The notes beneath the pieces were generated by a model. It searched no databases, was not told the origin of the DNA, and saw only the letters and a list, made by a program, of their open reading frames with translations. Shown in pieces: positions 1 to 9,819 of a DNA stretch of 27,621 nt. The stretch's first letter is position 1. Every line of letters starts with the position of its first letter. Both the position numbers and the translations under genes were made by a program. This DNA is from a virus. Lineage: Duplodnaviria; Caudoviricetes. The stretch lies in the IMG/VR virus record IMGVR_UViG_3300032295_000269, positions 1 through 27,621 of that record, one strand, 5' to 3'.

Positions 1-47
1 ACACCCGGCTGATCTGGCAACCACTCACCGAATAGAATCTTTTGCAT
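1..47 (-). CDS. 5' end of a tail/packaged-DNA-stabilisation protein (partial, runs off the window)
   Basis: ATG at 47 overlaps the upstream stop (TAATG). Translates MQKILFGEWLPDQPG, resembling N-termini of podovirus tail tubular/stabilisation proteins. Confidence 0.55.
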   Translation of the reverse strand, partial: MQKILFGEWLPDQPG

Positions 48-646
48 TACTGCCTCGTCCAAGTATTAGACCCGCTAGATTGCGTAGTCCATGTGTTCGG
101 TACTTCTGTAACTGGAGTCCATTCACCCGATCCAGCAACCACCGCAGTCCATGTGTCCTCACCCGTAGTAACACCAGTCCAGTTTGTAGCGTCAGGAACT
201 AAATCAGACCATTCCTCACCAATAATCTGGCCTGTAGCAGCGCATACCGTTACGACGTTAATAGAGCCGTTTCCAGCCCATATCGCAGTTGGGTAGGCCG
301 ATACATTGGCAGAACAATTAATAGACCCAGAATCGCTATAAAGCACTCCTCCGATTGCTGTGACAGTAGCCTGACCATTTATGCTTCCTGAGCTAGTCCT
401 AATCCTAATAGCATTAGATGTAACAGCAGCCGAACCAGATATAGCGCCAGATGACGTTCTAACCCTTATCGGTACACCAACAACAGTTGCAAAACAAGTA
501 ATAGATGCAGAAGATCCTTTTAATACCGATGCCGCAGCGGAAACACTAGCATTTGCCGTTATCGATGCGCTTCCAAATTCAAGAATTGCATCGCCTTCAG
601 CATAACCATATTCCCAATAATCGTAGACAACGTATTGAAGACTCAT
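47..646 (-). CDS. Putative virion structural/tail protein, 199 aa
   Basis: Ser/Ala/Thr-rich repeats (GSASIT, SGSING) and C-terminal W-T repeats; lies in the tail gene block. Confidence 0.65.
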   Translation of the reverse strand: MSLQYVVYDYWEYGYAEGDAILEFGSASITANASVSAAASVLKGSSASITCFATVVGVPIRVRTSSGAISGSAAVTSNAIRIRTSSGSINGQATVTAIGGVLYSDSGSINCSANVSAYPTAIWAGNGSINVVTVCAATGQIIGEEWSDLVPDATNWTGVTTGEDTWTAVVAGSGEWTPVTEVPNTWTTQSSGSNTWTRQ

Positions 647-660
647 TATGTTAATTTTTC

Positions 661-855
661 TTATTCAATAGAACTTGATCGAATATCGGTAAACTGTTCA
701 TTTTCATACTTCCACCCAATACCAGCCTCAGTTCCTTCAATACAAACAACATAAGATCCAACTGGAGGAACCCAATTGCTTTCACCATCCCATAAAATAA
801 CATTGATGATTACATTGGTTTCTTCATCTATTACTGCATAATTTTTAACATCCAT
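661..855 (-). CDS. Small tail-fibre-associated protein (possible chaperone), ~64 aa
   Basis: Start taken as MDVKNYAVI, directly after the fibre stop. The VINVILWDG...GIGWKY pattern is typical of small genes following fibre genes. Confidence 0.6.
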   Translation of the reverse strand: MDVKNYAVIDEETNVIINVILWDGESNWVPPVGSYVVCIEGTEAGIGWKYENEQFTDIRSSSIE

Positions 856-857
856 AA

Positions 858-2147
858 TTACCACCAAGTAAGAACAATTTGACCTGCGCCACCTGCTCCG
901 CTTGTGCTGCCTTCGGATGCGCCGCCACCGCCGCCAGGAACTGACCCTGCACTTACTGCACCTCCATTTGCAACACCAGCACTACCATTTCCACCAAAAG
1001 TGCTTGTGCCGCCAGAAGCCCCAGAAGTATCGCCAGTTCCACCACCACCACCACCACCATAAACAGAATTTCCACCTGACAATGCAGAAGTTACGCCACC
1101 ACCACCGCCACCTCCACCATAGCCAGAACTGCCGCCAGAATTTGTAGACCCAACACCTCCATCACCACCACCAAACCCATTACTAACACCAGATATTGAT
1201 GGCGCTCCACCACTGCCAGCAGTTGCACCAGAAGCATTCCCACCAGCAGACAAAATGCCGCCGCCACCACCACCAGCAGAAGTCGCACCAGCATTACTAC
1301 CACCACCACCTCCGTAAGCAATTAACTGTGTTGATTTAACAGGCCAATTTGTTATATTAAAACTTGTATCGCCGCCAACATTTCCAGTACCAGTAGTTGT
1401 TCTAGCTGCACCACCGCCGCCAACAGTATAGTTTTCAGATGCTGCAAGATATGAAAGCGGAATTGTTATCGTATTGTATGCACCGCCTCCACCACCACCA
1501 GCGGAATCAGTAGCTATTCCTCTGCCACCACTTGCCCCACCTCCCCAAACTTCAATTTTTACCCATTGATAATTTCCAGTTGTAGGTTTACTCCATGTAC
1601 TTGAACCAGATGAAAGTGTTTGAGTTTGTATTTGGACAGGTGTAGGTGTAGCCCAAGACGGAGATGCAGAAGGCCCACCAGATACAAGAGCTTGACCAGC
1701 AGTGCCATAGTTAGCCCCAGCGATACCAACTTTGTTTGCGATTAGATCTGTAAACGTTCCGGCAGCAGCAGTTGTTGCCCCTACTGTTGTGCCATTTATT
1801 GACCCACCAGTAATAGTTACATTATTGGATGCTTGTGTAGATATCGTTCCAAGACCCAAATTAGTTCTAGCGTCAGACGCATTAGAAGCACCTGTACCAC
1901 CATCAGCTACTGCTAAGTCAGTGATCCCAGTAATTGAACCGCCAGAAATATTTGCGCTAGAGATAGTTGCGCTAGAAATGTTAGCATTTGTATATGTTAC
2001 TGTAGTACCAGAAAGATTAGTAATCGTAAGACTTGAAACCGTATTACCTGATTGAATCTTGTCTGTATTTAGATTAGTAAAGTTAGCGTCCACCTCATTG
2101 TGGGTTAGCGCACTACCTTTACCAGCCCTTGTTACGATAGTGGACAT
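858..2147 (-). CDS. Glycine-rich tail fibre protein, 429 aa
   Basis: N-terminal TRAGKGSALTHNEVDANFTNLN anchor, LAVADGGTGAS..ARTNLGL repeat and a long poly-Gly C-terminal domain. Confidence 0.8.
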   Translation of the reverse strand: MSTIVTRAGKGSALTHNEVDANFTNLNTDKIQSGNTVSSLTITNLSGTTVTYTNANISSATISSANISGGSITGITDLAVADGGTGASNASDARTNLGLGTISTQASNNVTITGGSINGTTVGATTAAAGTFTDLIANKVGIAGANYGTAGQALVSGGPSASPSWATPTPVQIQTQTLSSGSSTWSKPTTGNYQWVKIEVWGGGASGGRGIATDSAGGGGGGAYNTITIPLSYLAASENYTVGGGGAARTTTGTGNVGGDTSFNITNWPVKSTQLIAYGGGGGSNAGATSAGGGGGGILSAGGNASGATAGSGGAPSISGVSNGFGGGDGGVGSTNSGGSSGYGGGGGGGGVTSALSGGNSVYGGGGGGGTGDTSGASGGTSTFGGNGSAGVANGGAVSAGSVPGGGGGASEGSTSGAGGAGQIVLTWW

Positions 2148-2156
2148 TTATATTCC

Positions 2157-2543
2157 TTATGCCAAAGTCACAGACAGCGAACCAATAGCAATCTTAAAGA
2201 TGTCTCCATTATCAATCGTCTTAGATGTATCCAGAGCAGTGTGATAAAGCAAGTTGCCACTGGTTAGTGCATCTTCAATACCAATCCAGCCTACAGTCCC
2301 CCATGAGGCTGTAGCTTGTGGAAACTCAATGGCAGCACTGTTTGTACTAACGCCATTACTGGGAGCGCCAAAAGTAACAGACTGACGAGCATAAGAACCG
2401 CCAGAGACTTCTGTGCCGGTATCAGCATCAGTAGGATCAGATGTATAAAGACCGACATAAACAGTAGTCGGGGCAGTGTAAGTCGTACCCCGCAAAGTAC
2501 CGTTAATCAGAGCGTTTTCCAGATAATTCGACATTTCTGCCAT
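2157..2543 (-). CDS. Conserved virion structural protein, 128 aa
   Basis: MSNYLENAL...YVGLYTSDP...EVSGGSYARQ is a common phage structural family signature; located in the structural block. Confidence 0.75.
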   Translation of the reverse strand: MAEMSNYLENALINGTLRGTTYTAPTTVYVGLYTSDPTDADTGTEVSGGSYARQSVTFGAPSNGVSTNSAAIEFPQATASWGTVGWIGIEDALTSGNLLYHTALDTSKTIDNGDIFKIAIGSLSVTLA

Positions 2544-2546
2544 GAT

Positions 2547-3167
2547 TTACCTCACGTTATAAGACATTGCCATAGGCTGACCGCTGTACTCACTAGACTG
2601 GTCAGCATTAGATATAGAAGTGATAGAACGGTCATACAATGCGCCCCAGACCTGCAATCTCGCATCGTTCATCAGGTACGGTTCAGCCTCTCCCAAAGCC
2701 CCGTACAGCAGCGCATCAGGGCAGTTAGCCAAGAAGACATTGCTTGCATTGGTGTCACTCAACAGAGGAGGCTTGGCGTAGTACAGCATCTGAGCCTGAT
2801 AAGCCGTATCAGGGATAGGCGCAAACTGAATCTCTGAAGCCAAGACCGTGTAAGTACGTGGGATACCAGACTCAGTAGCCCGTGTGCTTTGATAGAAGGT
2901 ATTAGGAGACTCATACGATACCGAGCTAATCGGGTTCGTATTAAAGTGGATGTCCCGCATCTCAAGGAAGTCGGTAGGCAGTCCCACCGTGGGATCTCCA
3001 CCCGTAGTATTAGCCGTAGCCACCACCAGCATCTGACGGATTCTCAGGTCTCTACGCAACCGTTCCTCAGCCAGACGGATAAAGTCAGGGATTACTGAGT
3101 TCAGATCGCTACGAGCTAGGTAGCTGGCTATCGTAGTCTTTAGTTCACTATAGCTCGTCAAGGCCAT
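2547..3167 (-). CDS. Head-tail adaptor / tail tubular protein A-like, 206 aa
   Basis: YSELKTTIASYLAR..IPDFIRLAE and PDALLYGAL.EA.PYL motifs; downstream of the capsid gene. Confidence 0.7.
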   Translation of the reverse strand: MALTSYSELKTTIASYLARSDLNSVIPDFIRLAEERLRRDLRIRQMLVVATANTTGGDPTVGLPTDFLEMRDIHFNTNPISSVSYESPNTFYQSTRATESGIPRTYTVLASEIQFAPIPDTAYQAQMLYYAKPPLLSDTNASNVFLANCPDALLYGALGEAEPYLMNDARLQVWGALYDRSITSISNADQSSEYSGQPMAMSYNVR

Positions 3168-3169
3168 GA

Positions 3170-3850
3170 CTATTTCCCGTTGTTATGCGCCTCAATAGCG
3201 CCTTCTTCTACATCTTCCCATCGATACTCGTAAGTACCAATGTGACCGATATGCTTGGAAAGGCTGTGATCTACATGAGTCTGGAACCCGGCATCCAAGG
3301 CTTTGATGCAAAAATGCACATCCTCGCCAATAATGCCCTTAGATCCCCAACCCACATCAAACCAAGGCTTAGGCACTTTCTCAAACACTTCCTTGCGAAT
3401 CATCACCACACCAAAACCAACCGCTGTAACAGGCTCTATACCTTCCTTGCCCATCGAATCAACCTTGTGCCAAGCGTGACGGATAATCTTGCCCTCGTCA
3501 TCCTTCTCAATCTCAAGGTTCAAAGCAGTCGGTAGCGTAGGCTTACGTCTCGTTACCGCATTGACCCCAACTATCGGAACCTCACGACTTAACAAAATGT
3601 CAATCGTGTCACTAGGAAACCGCATATCTGAGTCAATAAACAGAACCGCATCGCATCCCTCTTTGAGAGCAGCATCTACTAGCTTCTCCCTCTGATCGAA
3701 TATCAGCGTTCCTGCCATCGTGTACAGCTTTAGGCCGTTGCCATCTTGAGAACACCTATGCTTAGAATCTCTGCCGACCATCTTGGCAAAGTCAAAGGCA
3801 AAAGAGGTGTGAACCTCATCCCGAGCTGGTACGCATACGCCTACAATCAT
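3170..3850 (-). CDS. GT-A fold glycosyltransferase, 226 aa
   Basis: VCVP N-terminal strand, FIDSD (DxD), GFGVVMIRKEVF, GED and H.GH motifs. Confidence 0.8.
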   Translation of the reverse strand: MIVGVCVPARDEVHTSFAFDFAKMVGRDSKHRCSQDGNGLKLYTMAGTLIFDQREKLVDAALKEGCDAVLFIDSDMRFPSDTIDILLSREVPIVGVNAVTRRKPTLPTALNLEIEKDDEGKIIRHAWHKVDSMGKEGIEPVTAVGFGVVMIRKEVFEKVPKPWFDVGWGSKGIIGEDVHFCIKALDAGFQTHVDHSLSKHIGHIGTYEYRWEDVEEGAIEAHNNGK

Positions 3851-4158
3851 TAGTTCCCCTTAGAGATAGTTCCACGATAAGTCTTCCAAGCTGCATTATC
3901 TGGATTATTAAGCCAACAAGCAAACGCTGCGTTATCAACAATAGCAAACCCTCGCATAATCCCCATCTTGTTCAAGTCATCAATGACCGTGAACGGGATT
4001 CTAGCTACATGGTGCAAATCGTTTAAATTCCCAGTCCTTTGCTTGTCAAACTCTAATTGAGCCTTGTTGGCCTCAATGATCTCAGATACATCTTGTTTAG
4101 TCTCAATGATGATACCGCCATCACCGTCTGCGTGTACTACCGTATCTCTAAAGTCCAT
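3850..4158 (-). CDS. Conserved hypothetical protein after the capsid gene, ~102 aa
   Basis: GAGGA SD precedes the ATG at 4158 (MDFRDT). The longer track start lies inside the terminator. Confidence 0.7.
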   Translation of the reverse strand: MDFRDTVVHADGDGGIIIETKQDVSEIIEANKAQLEFDKQRTGNLNDLHHVARIPFTVIDDLNKMGIMRGFAIVDNAAFACWLNNPDNAAWKTYRGTISKGN

Positions 4159-4170
4159 AAGTCCTCGTAG

Positions 4171-4200
4171 AAAAGCCCCCAACCATAAGGTCAGGGGCTA
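4171..4200 (-). terminator. Rho-independent terminator after the major capsid gene
   Basis: Minus strand AGCCCCTGACC-TTAT-GGTTGGGGGCT followed by TTT, immediately after the capsid stop. Confidence 0.8.
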
Positions 4201-4205
4201 GTTCT

Positions 4206-5153
4206 TTACAGTGCCATATTCAGGTCAGCAACGATACCGTGGGCGGCTTCGTTCTTAACCTCAAGAGTACACTCGACCAAGATCTGAGTCTTGTCAGAAT
4301 CGCCAGCCTTAGCCAGTTCGTTAGTCATGAACGGACGCAGGTAAGCGATAGCTGCGTACTCAGGATCAAGGATCAGAGCATCGCGGGTACGCATGAAGCG
4401 GTTAGGAACCACCGACATATTGCCGAAGTCACTGACGTAGATGTCAGCAGCGCCGATAATTGTCGAAGGCTTTGCACCAGTGACGTTGAAGCGGGTAGCA
4501 CCGATACCAGCGAAGCTAGATACCTTCTGCTTACCAGCAGCGCCAACCATCAGAACCGAAGGAGTACCGCCCGAAGTAAACACCTCAGCCACGACTTCTT
4601 TCAGCAGGGCTTCAGTGAAGGTACGGGTGTTACCGTCAGTACGGGTCGAAACACCGATAGTCGTAGGATCGCCACCGTTGGTCTGAGCCGACGAGTTGGT
4701 CTTAATCCATGACAGCAGCGAACCCATCTTACGAGCAGCAGAGTTAGTAGAACCAGCGTCACGGCCTTGGTTCGACAGCAGGATGGTTTCCAGATCGCGC
4801 TTGATCTCTTGCGAAGCCTTAGCCAGTTGATAAGCCTTTTCAGACTTACGACCAGCCTTGTTCACTGTGTCCAGAGTGCCGGAGACTTTGATAGTCTTTT
4901 GCAGAATCTGGGTGTAGTTACCAAGACGAACAGTCGGAGACAGGGTAGCGTCCGAAGCGTCAGCACCTTCAACAGCAGCGTTAGCGGTAGTAGCGGCTGC
5001 AAGGCTGTCGGTCTGCCACTCGTGGTAAACAGCCGTAGCTTTGGTCTTGCCAATCGAAGACATGAAAGGAGTCTCGGTAGGCGAGATGTTGTAGATAACA
5101 TCGGTAAGGTCTTCACGCTGACCAACAGCGTCGTAAGCATTATAAATTGCCAT
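4206..5153 (-). CDS. Major capsid protein (DUF5309-like), 315 aa
   Basis: REDLTDVIYNISPTETPF, HEWQTDSL and NYTQI..K motifs; follows the scaffold gene; biased codon use; followed by a terminator. Confidence 0.9.
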   Translation of the reverse strand: MAIYNAYDAVGQREDLTDVIYNISPTETPFMSSIGKTKATAVYHEWQTDSLAAATTANAAVEGADASDATLSPTVRLGNYTQILQKTIKVSGTLDTVNKAGRKSEKAYQLAKASQEIKRDLETILLSNQGRDAGSTNSAARKMGSLLSWIKTNSSAQTNGGDPTTIGVSTRTDGNTRTFTEALLKEVVAEVFTSGGTPSVLMVGAAGKQKVSSFAGIGATRFNVTGAKPSTIIGAADIYVSDFGNMSVVPNRFMRTRDALILDPEYAAIAYLRPFMTNELAKAGDSDKTQILVECTLEVKNEAAHGIVADLNMAL

Positions 5154-5164
5154 GATGTAATTCC

Positions 5165-6151
5165 TTATAAGAATCGTTCAAATACACTTGCGGCATCTGC
5201 CACCCGACCGGATGACTTCGCTCGCGCTTTAAGTTTCTTCAGTTCCTCGCTATTACCGTCTCGTGGCTTAGAAACACCGGGCTTAATCGCCTTAGGAGCC
5301 TCTTGGACACGCTTATTAACAGAAGGCTTACTCGACTGTAGCTTGTCGTACTGCATAGCCTTAAACAGCGTCAGAACTGCTCGGGAATCGAACACATTAG
5401 CCAATTCCTCATCAGAGAATCCCATCTGCTTACCGTAAGTCCGAATATCCTTTCGGATTGATTCGCCCTTAGACGGGTCAGCAAACTCAGGTATCGCAGC
5501 GACCAGCTTCTCAGACTCAGCAGCAACCATTTGCCGCATCTGTTGTTGCCTGTCATATTCCTGCTGTTGCGAGATTCTCTCCCGTTCAGCACGAACCTGC
5601 GCTAACTGCTTCTCCTTCTGAGACATCTCAGCGACCTTCACGGCATAGCCAATCGGGTCAGTCTCTTTCAGGTAGTCCAGATCCTCTGCTTGTTGCGGCT
5701 GGTTTATCATCTGCTCGATGAGTTCCAACCTTTGCGCGTACTGATCGCGCATAGCCTTAGCTTCTTGAACCGCTTGGCGCTCGGCCTCAACCGCCTTACG
5801 TTCCTCAGCTACAGCTTGCGATTTCTTGGTATAGTCAGTGCCAAGTTGATAAGACTTAATGAGTTCATCTAAGGTTACCTCCCGGTCTTCGCCAGCGGCT
5901 TTAACACGGTATTTCTGAGGTTCTTCTGACTCATCCTCGCCATCTTCTTGTTCTACCTCCGACTCGTCTGATTCTTCATAAGACTCAGACTCATCAGATT
6001 CGGCATCGCTGTCGTTGGCCTCTAGTCGGCGTTTAGGTTGTTCCTGTTCGGAGCCTTCATCACCGCCCATTAGACCCAAGATAGCGTCTGCTGCACCACT
6101 TACACTTAACTCACCACTTCCCTCGGGAGTCGTGTTCTGAGTATCGCTCAT
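5165..6151 (-). CDS. Capsid scaffolding protein, 328 aa
   Basis: Acidic N-terminus, VTLDELIKSYQ..DYTKKSQ motif, coiled coil; sits between portal and capsid. Confidence 0.85.
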   Translation of the reverse strand: MSDTQNTTPEGSGELSVSGAADAILGLMGGDEGSEQEQPKRRLEANDSDAESDESESYEESDESEVEQEDGEDESEEPQKYRVKAAGEDREVTLDELIKSYQLGTDYTKKSQAVAEERKAVEAERQAVQEAKAMRDQYAQRLELIEQMINQPQQAEDLDYLKETDPIGYAVKVAEMSQKEKQLAQVRAERERISQQQEYDRQQQMRQMVAAESEKLVAAIPEFADPSKGESIRKDIRTYGKQMGFSDEELANVFDSRAVLTLFKAMQYDKLQSSKPSVNKRVQEAPKAIKPGVSKPRDGNSEELKKLKARAKSSGRVADAASVFERFL

Positions 6152-6191
6152 TTATGTTTCCTAAATTATATCGGGAACCGCCCGACACGGG

Positions 6192-6422
6192 TTACAAAAT
6201 CTTCATCCTTTTCTCGTCAATCATCTTCTGAGCAGCGATGCCGTCGAGATAGGTTTCAATGGATTCTAAGACTCGGAGGCGCATATACGCTTGTTCCCTA
6301 GTCTCAATATCCGCATAATCACTCATTGCAAACTTGTTAATCTCTGTGCCTCGGAGTTCTTCCATCATCTCCTGCCACATAGGTTCACGAAGCAGGTTAA
6401 TAGCCCACTGTGCTTTATCCAC
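6192..6422 (-). CDS. Small head-morphogenesis region protein, 76 aa
   Basis: GTG start overlapping the portal end; REQAY motif; usual position between portal and scaffold. Confidence 0.7.
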   Translation of the reverse strand: MDKAQWAINLLREPMWQEMMEELRGTEINKFAMSDYADIETREQAYMRLRVLESIETYLDGIAAQKMIDEKRMKIL

Positions 6423-8517
6423 CAGTCAGGCTCCCCAGTTCTTTAATCGTCTTCAGGACAATCTCAGCCTGTTTGTTACGGCTGTCCTCGTCTGCTAAGT
6501 CCATAGCCAGAATAGCTTGCAGTTGCTGTACTGCTAACTGAGCCTCCTTGATACGGATGTCAGCCTGATCCTTCTGGTTCTTCATCTGCATCTCAATGCC
6601 CTTGCGGGTGAACTCAGCCTCTAGCGTCTGACGTTCCAGATCTAGCTTGGCTGCATCAATCTGCGACTTAGCCTGTGTCTTCTCACGCTCTACGTCCATC
6701 AGCATCTTAGTCATCTCTGCCTGAGCATCAGGAGTAGGCGGCTGTGGCTGCGACAACTGAGCATCCATCTCAGGGCTAATCTCGTTCATGAAGGCATTAG
6801 CGTCTTTAAACCCTGCCGCCTCAATAAACCTAGCCAATGTATTCCGGTACTGACCAATCGAGACCAGAGGATTCGACGGGCCATACTGCTGAATGATCTG
6901 TTCCTGCTTGGCAAGAATCATCTGGAGCATCGTCAGCTTCTGATCCCGGTCACCTGAACCCAGACCAACATTGACCGACACATCGTATTCATTGTTCCAT
7001 GTGCGAGGGTCAAACTGCACATACTTGCCACGCATACGGACGATCTTAGGCTTGTCCTGATACTTGCCCAACAGATGCAGAATCCCCTTAAACAGGCTCT
7101 TAACGCCAGTCTCAGCAAAGATACGGGCAATCAACTCCAGCTTGCCAGAGTTAGACTTCATCATCGCAGCAACAGCAGCAGCCGTTACATTCGACAGCAC
7201 ATCCGGGTCAAGACCTTGTTGCGCGTCATTAACGCCAGTACGCTTGGCCTGTACCGCATCCATGTACTCCAGCATCGGCTGCGCCTGACCGAACGTAGAC
7301 TGAACAGACAGCGGAACCAGAGCGTTAGGGTTCTTCATCCGCACAATACCGCCCGGCGTAGCGTTCAGCAGGTCATCCAGATTCACCTGACCATCAACAG
7401 CGCCAACCCGGTTATTGTTCGTCAGATACAGGTTATCCAGAGACTGACGAGTAATAGTGGACTTGATAAGCTGGATGTCCATAGTCCGATCTGCCAGAGA
7501 CTGACCGAAGAACTTATGGGGAATAGGGATAGGACAAATGCTGTGGAACGGGATGTAGTCACATTCTTCATCTTCAAGGATCTCCGAGCCGCAATAGACA
7601 ATACGATGCAGTTCGGCAATACCGTCTTCGTCCTCGTCAATCCGTATATAGCACTCGTATACCTCAACCGTCTGCATGGCAGGGTCAAGGCTTTGCGCCT
7701 CGTCTGGCTGTTCACCTTGGTCAAAGCGAGCAACGCGCTCAGGGCTGAACGTCAGATCATCATAAGAAGGTAGCTCATCTACGATGTCTTTATCGTAGCC
7801 AAGCGCAATCAATTCTGACCGCTGCATTAGCTTTCGATGGGCTACAAAGGGAGCATCCTCAATAGTTCTAGCAGCCTTGGAGATCAGGAATTCCTCGGGA
7901 GGCACGTTCTCAATCTTTACGGAGCCGGACTTCTTAACCCGCTTGACCTCGATCTCATAGACAGGAGCCATAATCGGCTGGCCCATCATATCAATACCGG
8001 CCTCAATGAACTCGACTTCCTGCTGGACAACCTCCAAGGACTCATCCGATAGCAGCAGGGCTACCTCATCCTCAGTCAGGTTCTTGTATTCTTCTTTGAT
8101 AACATCTTCAGACTCATCCCAGTAGGACTTGACCACGCCTACCTTCTGGAGCAGGGCATCCTTGAACCAGTTATGCAGGATCAGCAGACCTTCGTTCTCA
8201 CGGTAGAACACCCAGTTGCAGTAGTCTGTAGCCTGTTTGGCAGACTCCTCAGCGTCCGCGCTCTTAGGCTCAAAGTAGACAATATCCTCAGTGGTCGTAA
8301 AGACTCGGATAAGTTGTGGCAGCGCACCATCAATGGCCTCAGCTACCTCGCCAGTAACGATCTGGCTACGGCCTTCTACCTCGTTCCCATAGGGATTGCG
8401 AAGATAGTAATCTAGCGCCTTGCGACGCTCTTCTGTAGTCTCGGTCTCGATGAAGCCGATTGAGTTATCAATCTCAGCTTCAAGGATGCCCTTAATCATG
8501 CCTTCATCCATCTTCAT
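6415..8517 (-). CDS. Portal protein, 700 aa
   Basis: Follows TerL; WFKDALLQKVG, ENVPPEEFLI and DGQVNLDDLL..PGGIVR motifs; C-terminal coiled coil as in P22-like portals. Confidence 0.9.
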   Translation of the reverse strand: MKMDEGMIKGILEAEIDNSIGFIETETTEERRKALDYYLRNPYGNEVEGRSQIVTGEVAEAIDGALPQLIRVFTTTEDIVYFEPKSADAEESAKQATDYCNWVFYRENEGLLILHNWFKDALLQKVGVVKSYWDESEDVIKEEYKNLTEDEVALLLSDESLEVVQQEVEFIEAGIDMMGQPIMAPVYEIEVKRVKKSGSVKIENVPPEEFLISKAARTIEDAPFVAHRKLMQRSELIALGYDKDIVDELPSYDDLTFSPERVARFDQGEQPDEAQSLDPAMQTVEVYECYIRIDEDEDGIAELHRIVYCGSEILEDEECDYIPFHSICPIPIPHKFFGQSLADRTMDIQLIKSTITRQSLDNLYLTNNNRVGAVDGQVNLDDLLNATPGGIVRMKNPNALVPLSVQSTFGQAQPMLEYMDAVQAKRTGVNDAQQGLDPDVLSNVTAAAVAAMMKSNSGKLELIARIFAETGVKSLFKGILHLLGKYQDKPKIVRMRGKYVQFDPRTWNNEYDVSVNVGLGSGDRDQKLTMLQMILAKQEQIIQQYGPSNPLVSIGQYRNTLARFIEAAGFKDANAFMNEISPEMDAQLSQPQPPTPDAQAEMTKMLMDVEREKTQAKSQIDAAKLDLERQTLEAEFTRKGIEMQMKNQKDQADIRIKEAQLAVQQLQAILAMDLADEDSRNKQAEIVLKTIKELGSLTGG

Positions 8518-8544
8518 AGCAAACCCTTACAGGAATTTTGCCTA

Positions 8545-9819
8545 TTATACAACCCATTTGGTATTGATAGGCAAGTCTGATGACCATGAATCGTCGCTCT
8601 CGTCAAGCCCAATAGCCAAGTATCTGAAAGCGTCTGAGTAATGGCTAGACCAGTCGTGCAGTGGCTTATCGTAGAACACCTGCTGCTTCTCGTTGTATTC
8701 CCTACGGTAGTTGCGTATAGCGTCTAGGCCAGCCTTAGTCTTGTGGTCAAACCAGCATCTAGGCAGGATACGCCTGACAGCCTGTATCCCATCGGCTACA
8801 GACAGCCTTGGAGCCACGGTAATCTCAAGCCCAGCCTCTTGCAGCACTTCCTTACGGCTACGGCCTGTGCCTAGCTCCCTCACCTCAACGTCGTGCGGGA
8901 GGATCTGCCCGAAGCCTTCGTACCTATTCTCTCGCAGCCACGATACATACCAGTCCAGACCGACTCCGTGGTTCTCGACGCAGTCAATAAGCCTGATTTC
9001 CTTGCCAGCCAACTGAGCAACCCATAAACAAGTAGAGTCACCCATGCCAAGATCCCAAGCAACAAAAGACCGGCAAAGGTCATCCCGGTCAATAGTCGTG
9101 ATTCTGCTCTTGGTTTCGAGATCGTTAATAATCTGACCATAATAACTACCCTCGACTGCTGCGTTAAAGGAACACTCAAACTCTTGCTGGTACTTGTCCT
9201 CGCCCATCTCCTTGCGAGCGCCCCAGAGTTCCTTCTCATTGAGGATACCCGTCTCGCTGGCCCTGAACTCAAGCAGCTTCCATCCCTCTGCTGTCTGCGC
9301 CCTATCCCTGAAGTCAGCAAAATGGTTCCGACCTTTAGGCGTACCAATGAACAAACACCATGTAGGCTCATCATCTGAGTTCCTATCTGCTAACGCTGGC
9401 CTGATGACCTCGTTCCAGATTTTAGGGTTTTGGTCTCCGATCTCATCCAGCACCACACCGTCAAAGTACTGACCACGGAGGCTATCAGCGTTATCAGATC
9501 CGTAAAGACTAATCCGTCTGCCCCAAAAGTCCACCCTGAGTTCTGATATGTTTGCCACTGCTCCCAGAGGACGAGTGAACTCAAGCAGATAATCCCAAGC
9601 GACACGCTTAGATTGAGCATAAGTAGGCGCAATATAAGCAAATCGAGGGTTTGGTTTCTTGCACTCAATGGCAGCCTTTATCAGGTGATTGATGGCGCTT
9701 ACAGTTTTCCCCATACGACGATGGGCCACTACGACCGTAAACCTGTGGTTATCTACTGCCTCATGGATAGCTAACTGCTGCTCCCTTGGCTTGTAGGCAA
9801 TCTCGATTACTTCTGCCAT
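8545..9819 (-). CDS. terL: Terminase large subunit, 424 aa
   Basis: Walker A AHRRMGKT, Walker B GVVLDE, coupling motif FIGTP, nuclease motifs AWDLG and HYSDAFRY. Confidence 0.95.
   Translation of the reverse strand: MAEVIEIAYKPREQQLAIHEAVDNHRFTVVVAHRRMGKTVSAINHLIKAAIECKKPNPRFAYIAPTYAQSKRVAWDYLLEFTRPLGAVANISELRVDFWGRRISLYGSDNADSLRGQYFDGVVLDEIGDQNPKIWNEVIRPALADRNSDDEPTWCLFIGTPKGRNHFADFRDRAQTAEGWKLLEFRASETGILNEKELWGARKEMGEDKYQQEFECSFNAAVEGSYYGQIINDLETKSRITTIDRDDLCRSFVAWDLGMGDSTCLWVAQLAGKEIRLIDCVENHGVGLDWYVSWLRENRYEGFGQILPHDVEVRELGTGRSRKEVLQEAGLEITVAPRLSVADGIQAVRRILPRCWFDHKTKAGLDAIRNYRREYNEKQQVFYDKPLHDWSSHYSDAFRYLAIGLDESDDSWSSDLPINTKWVV

Noticed and set aside
902-1147. Poly-His ORF on the plus strand
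   Set aside because: It is the antisense shadow of GGT (Gly) repeats in the tail fibre, with no evident SD.
4239-9668. Long antisense or alternative-frame ORFs over capsid, scaffold, portal and terminase (e.g. 4767-5438, 7075-7773, 8880-9374)
   Set aside because: They show no recognisable motifs or coupling and are expected by-products of codon bias, unlike the dcm beta frame and Rz1.
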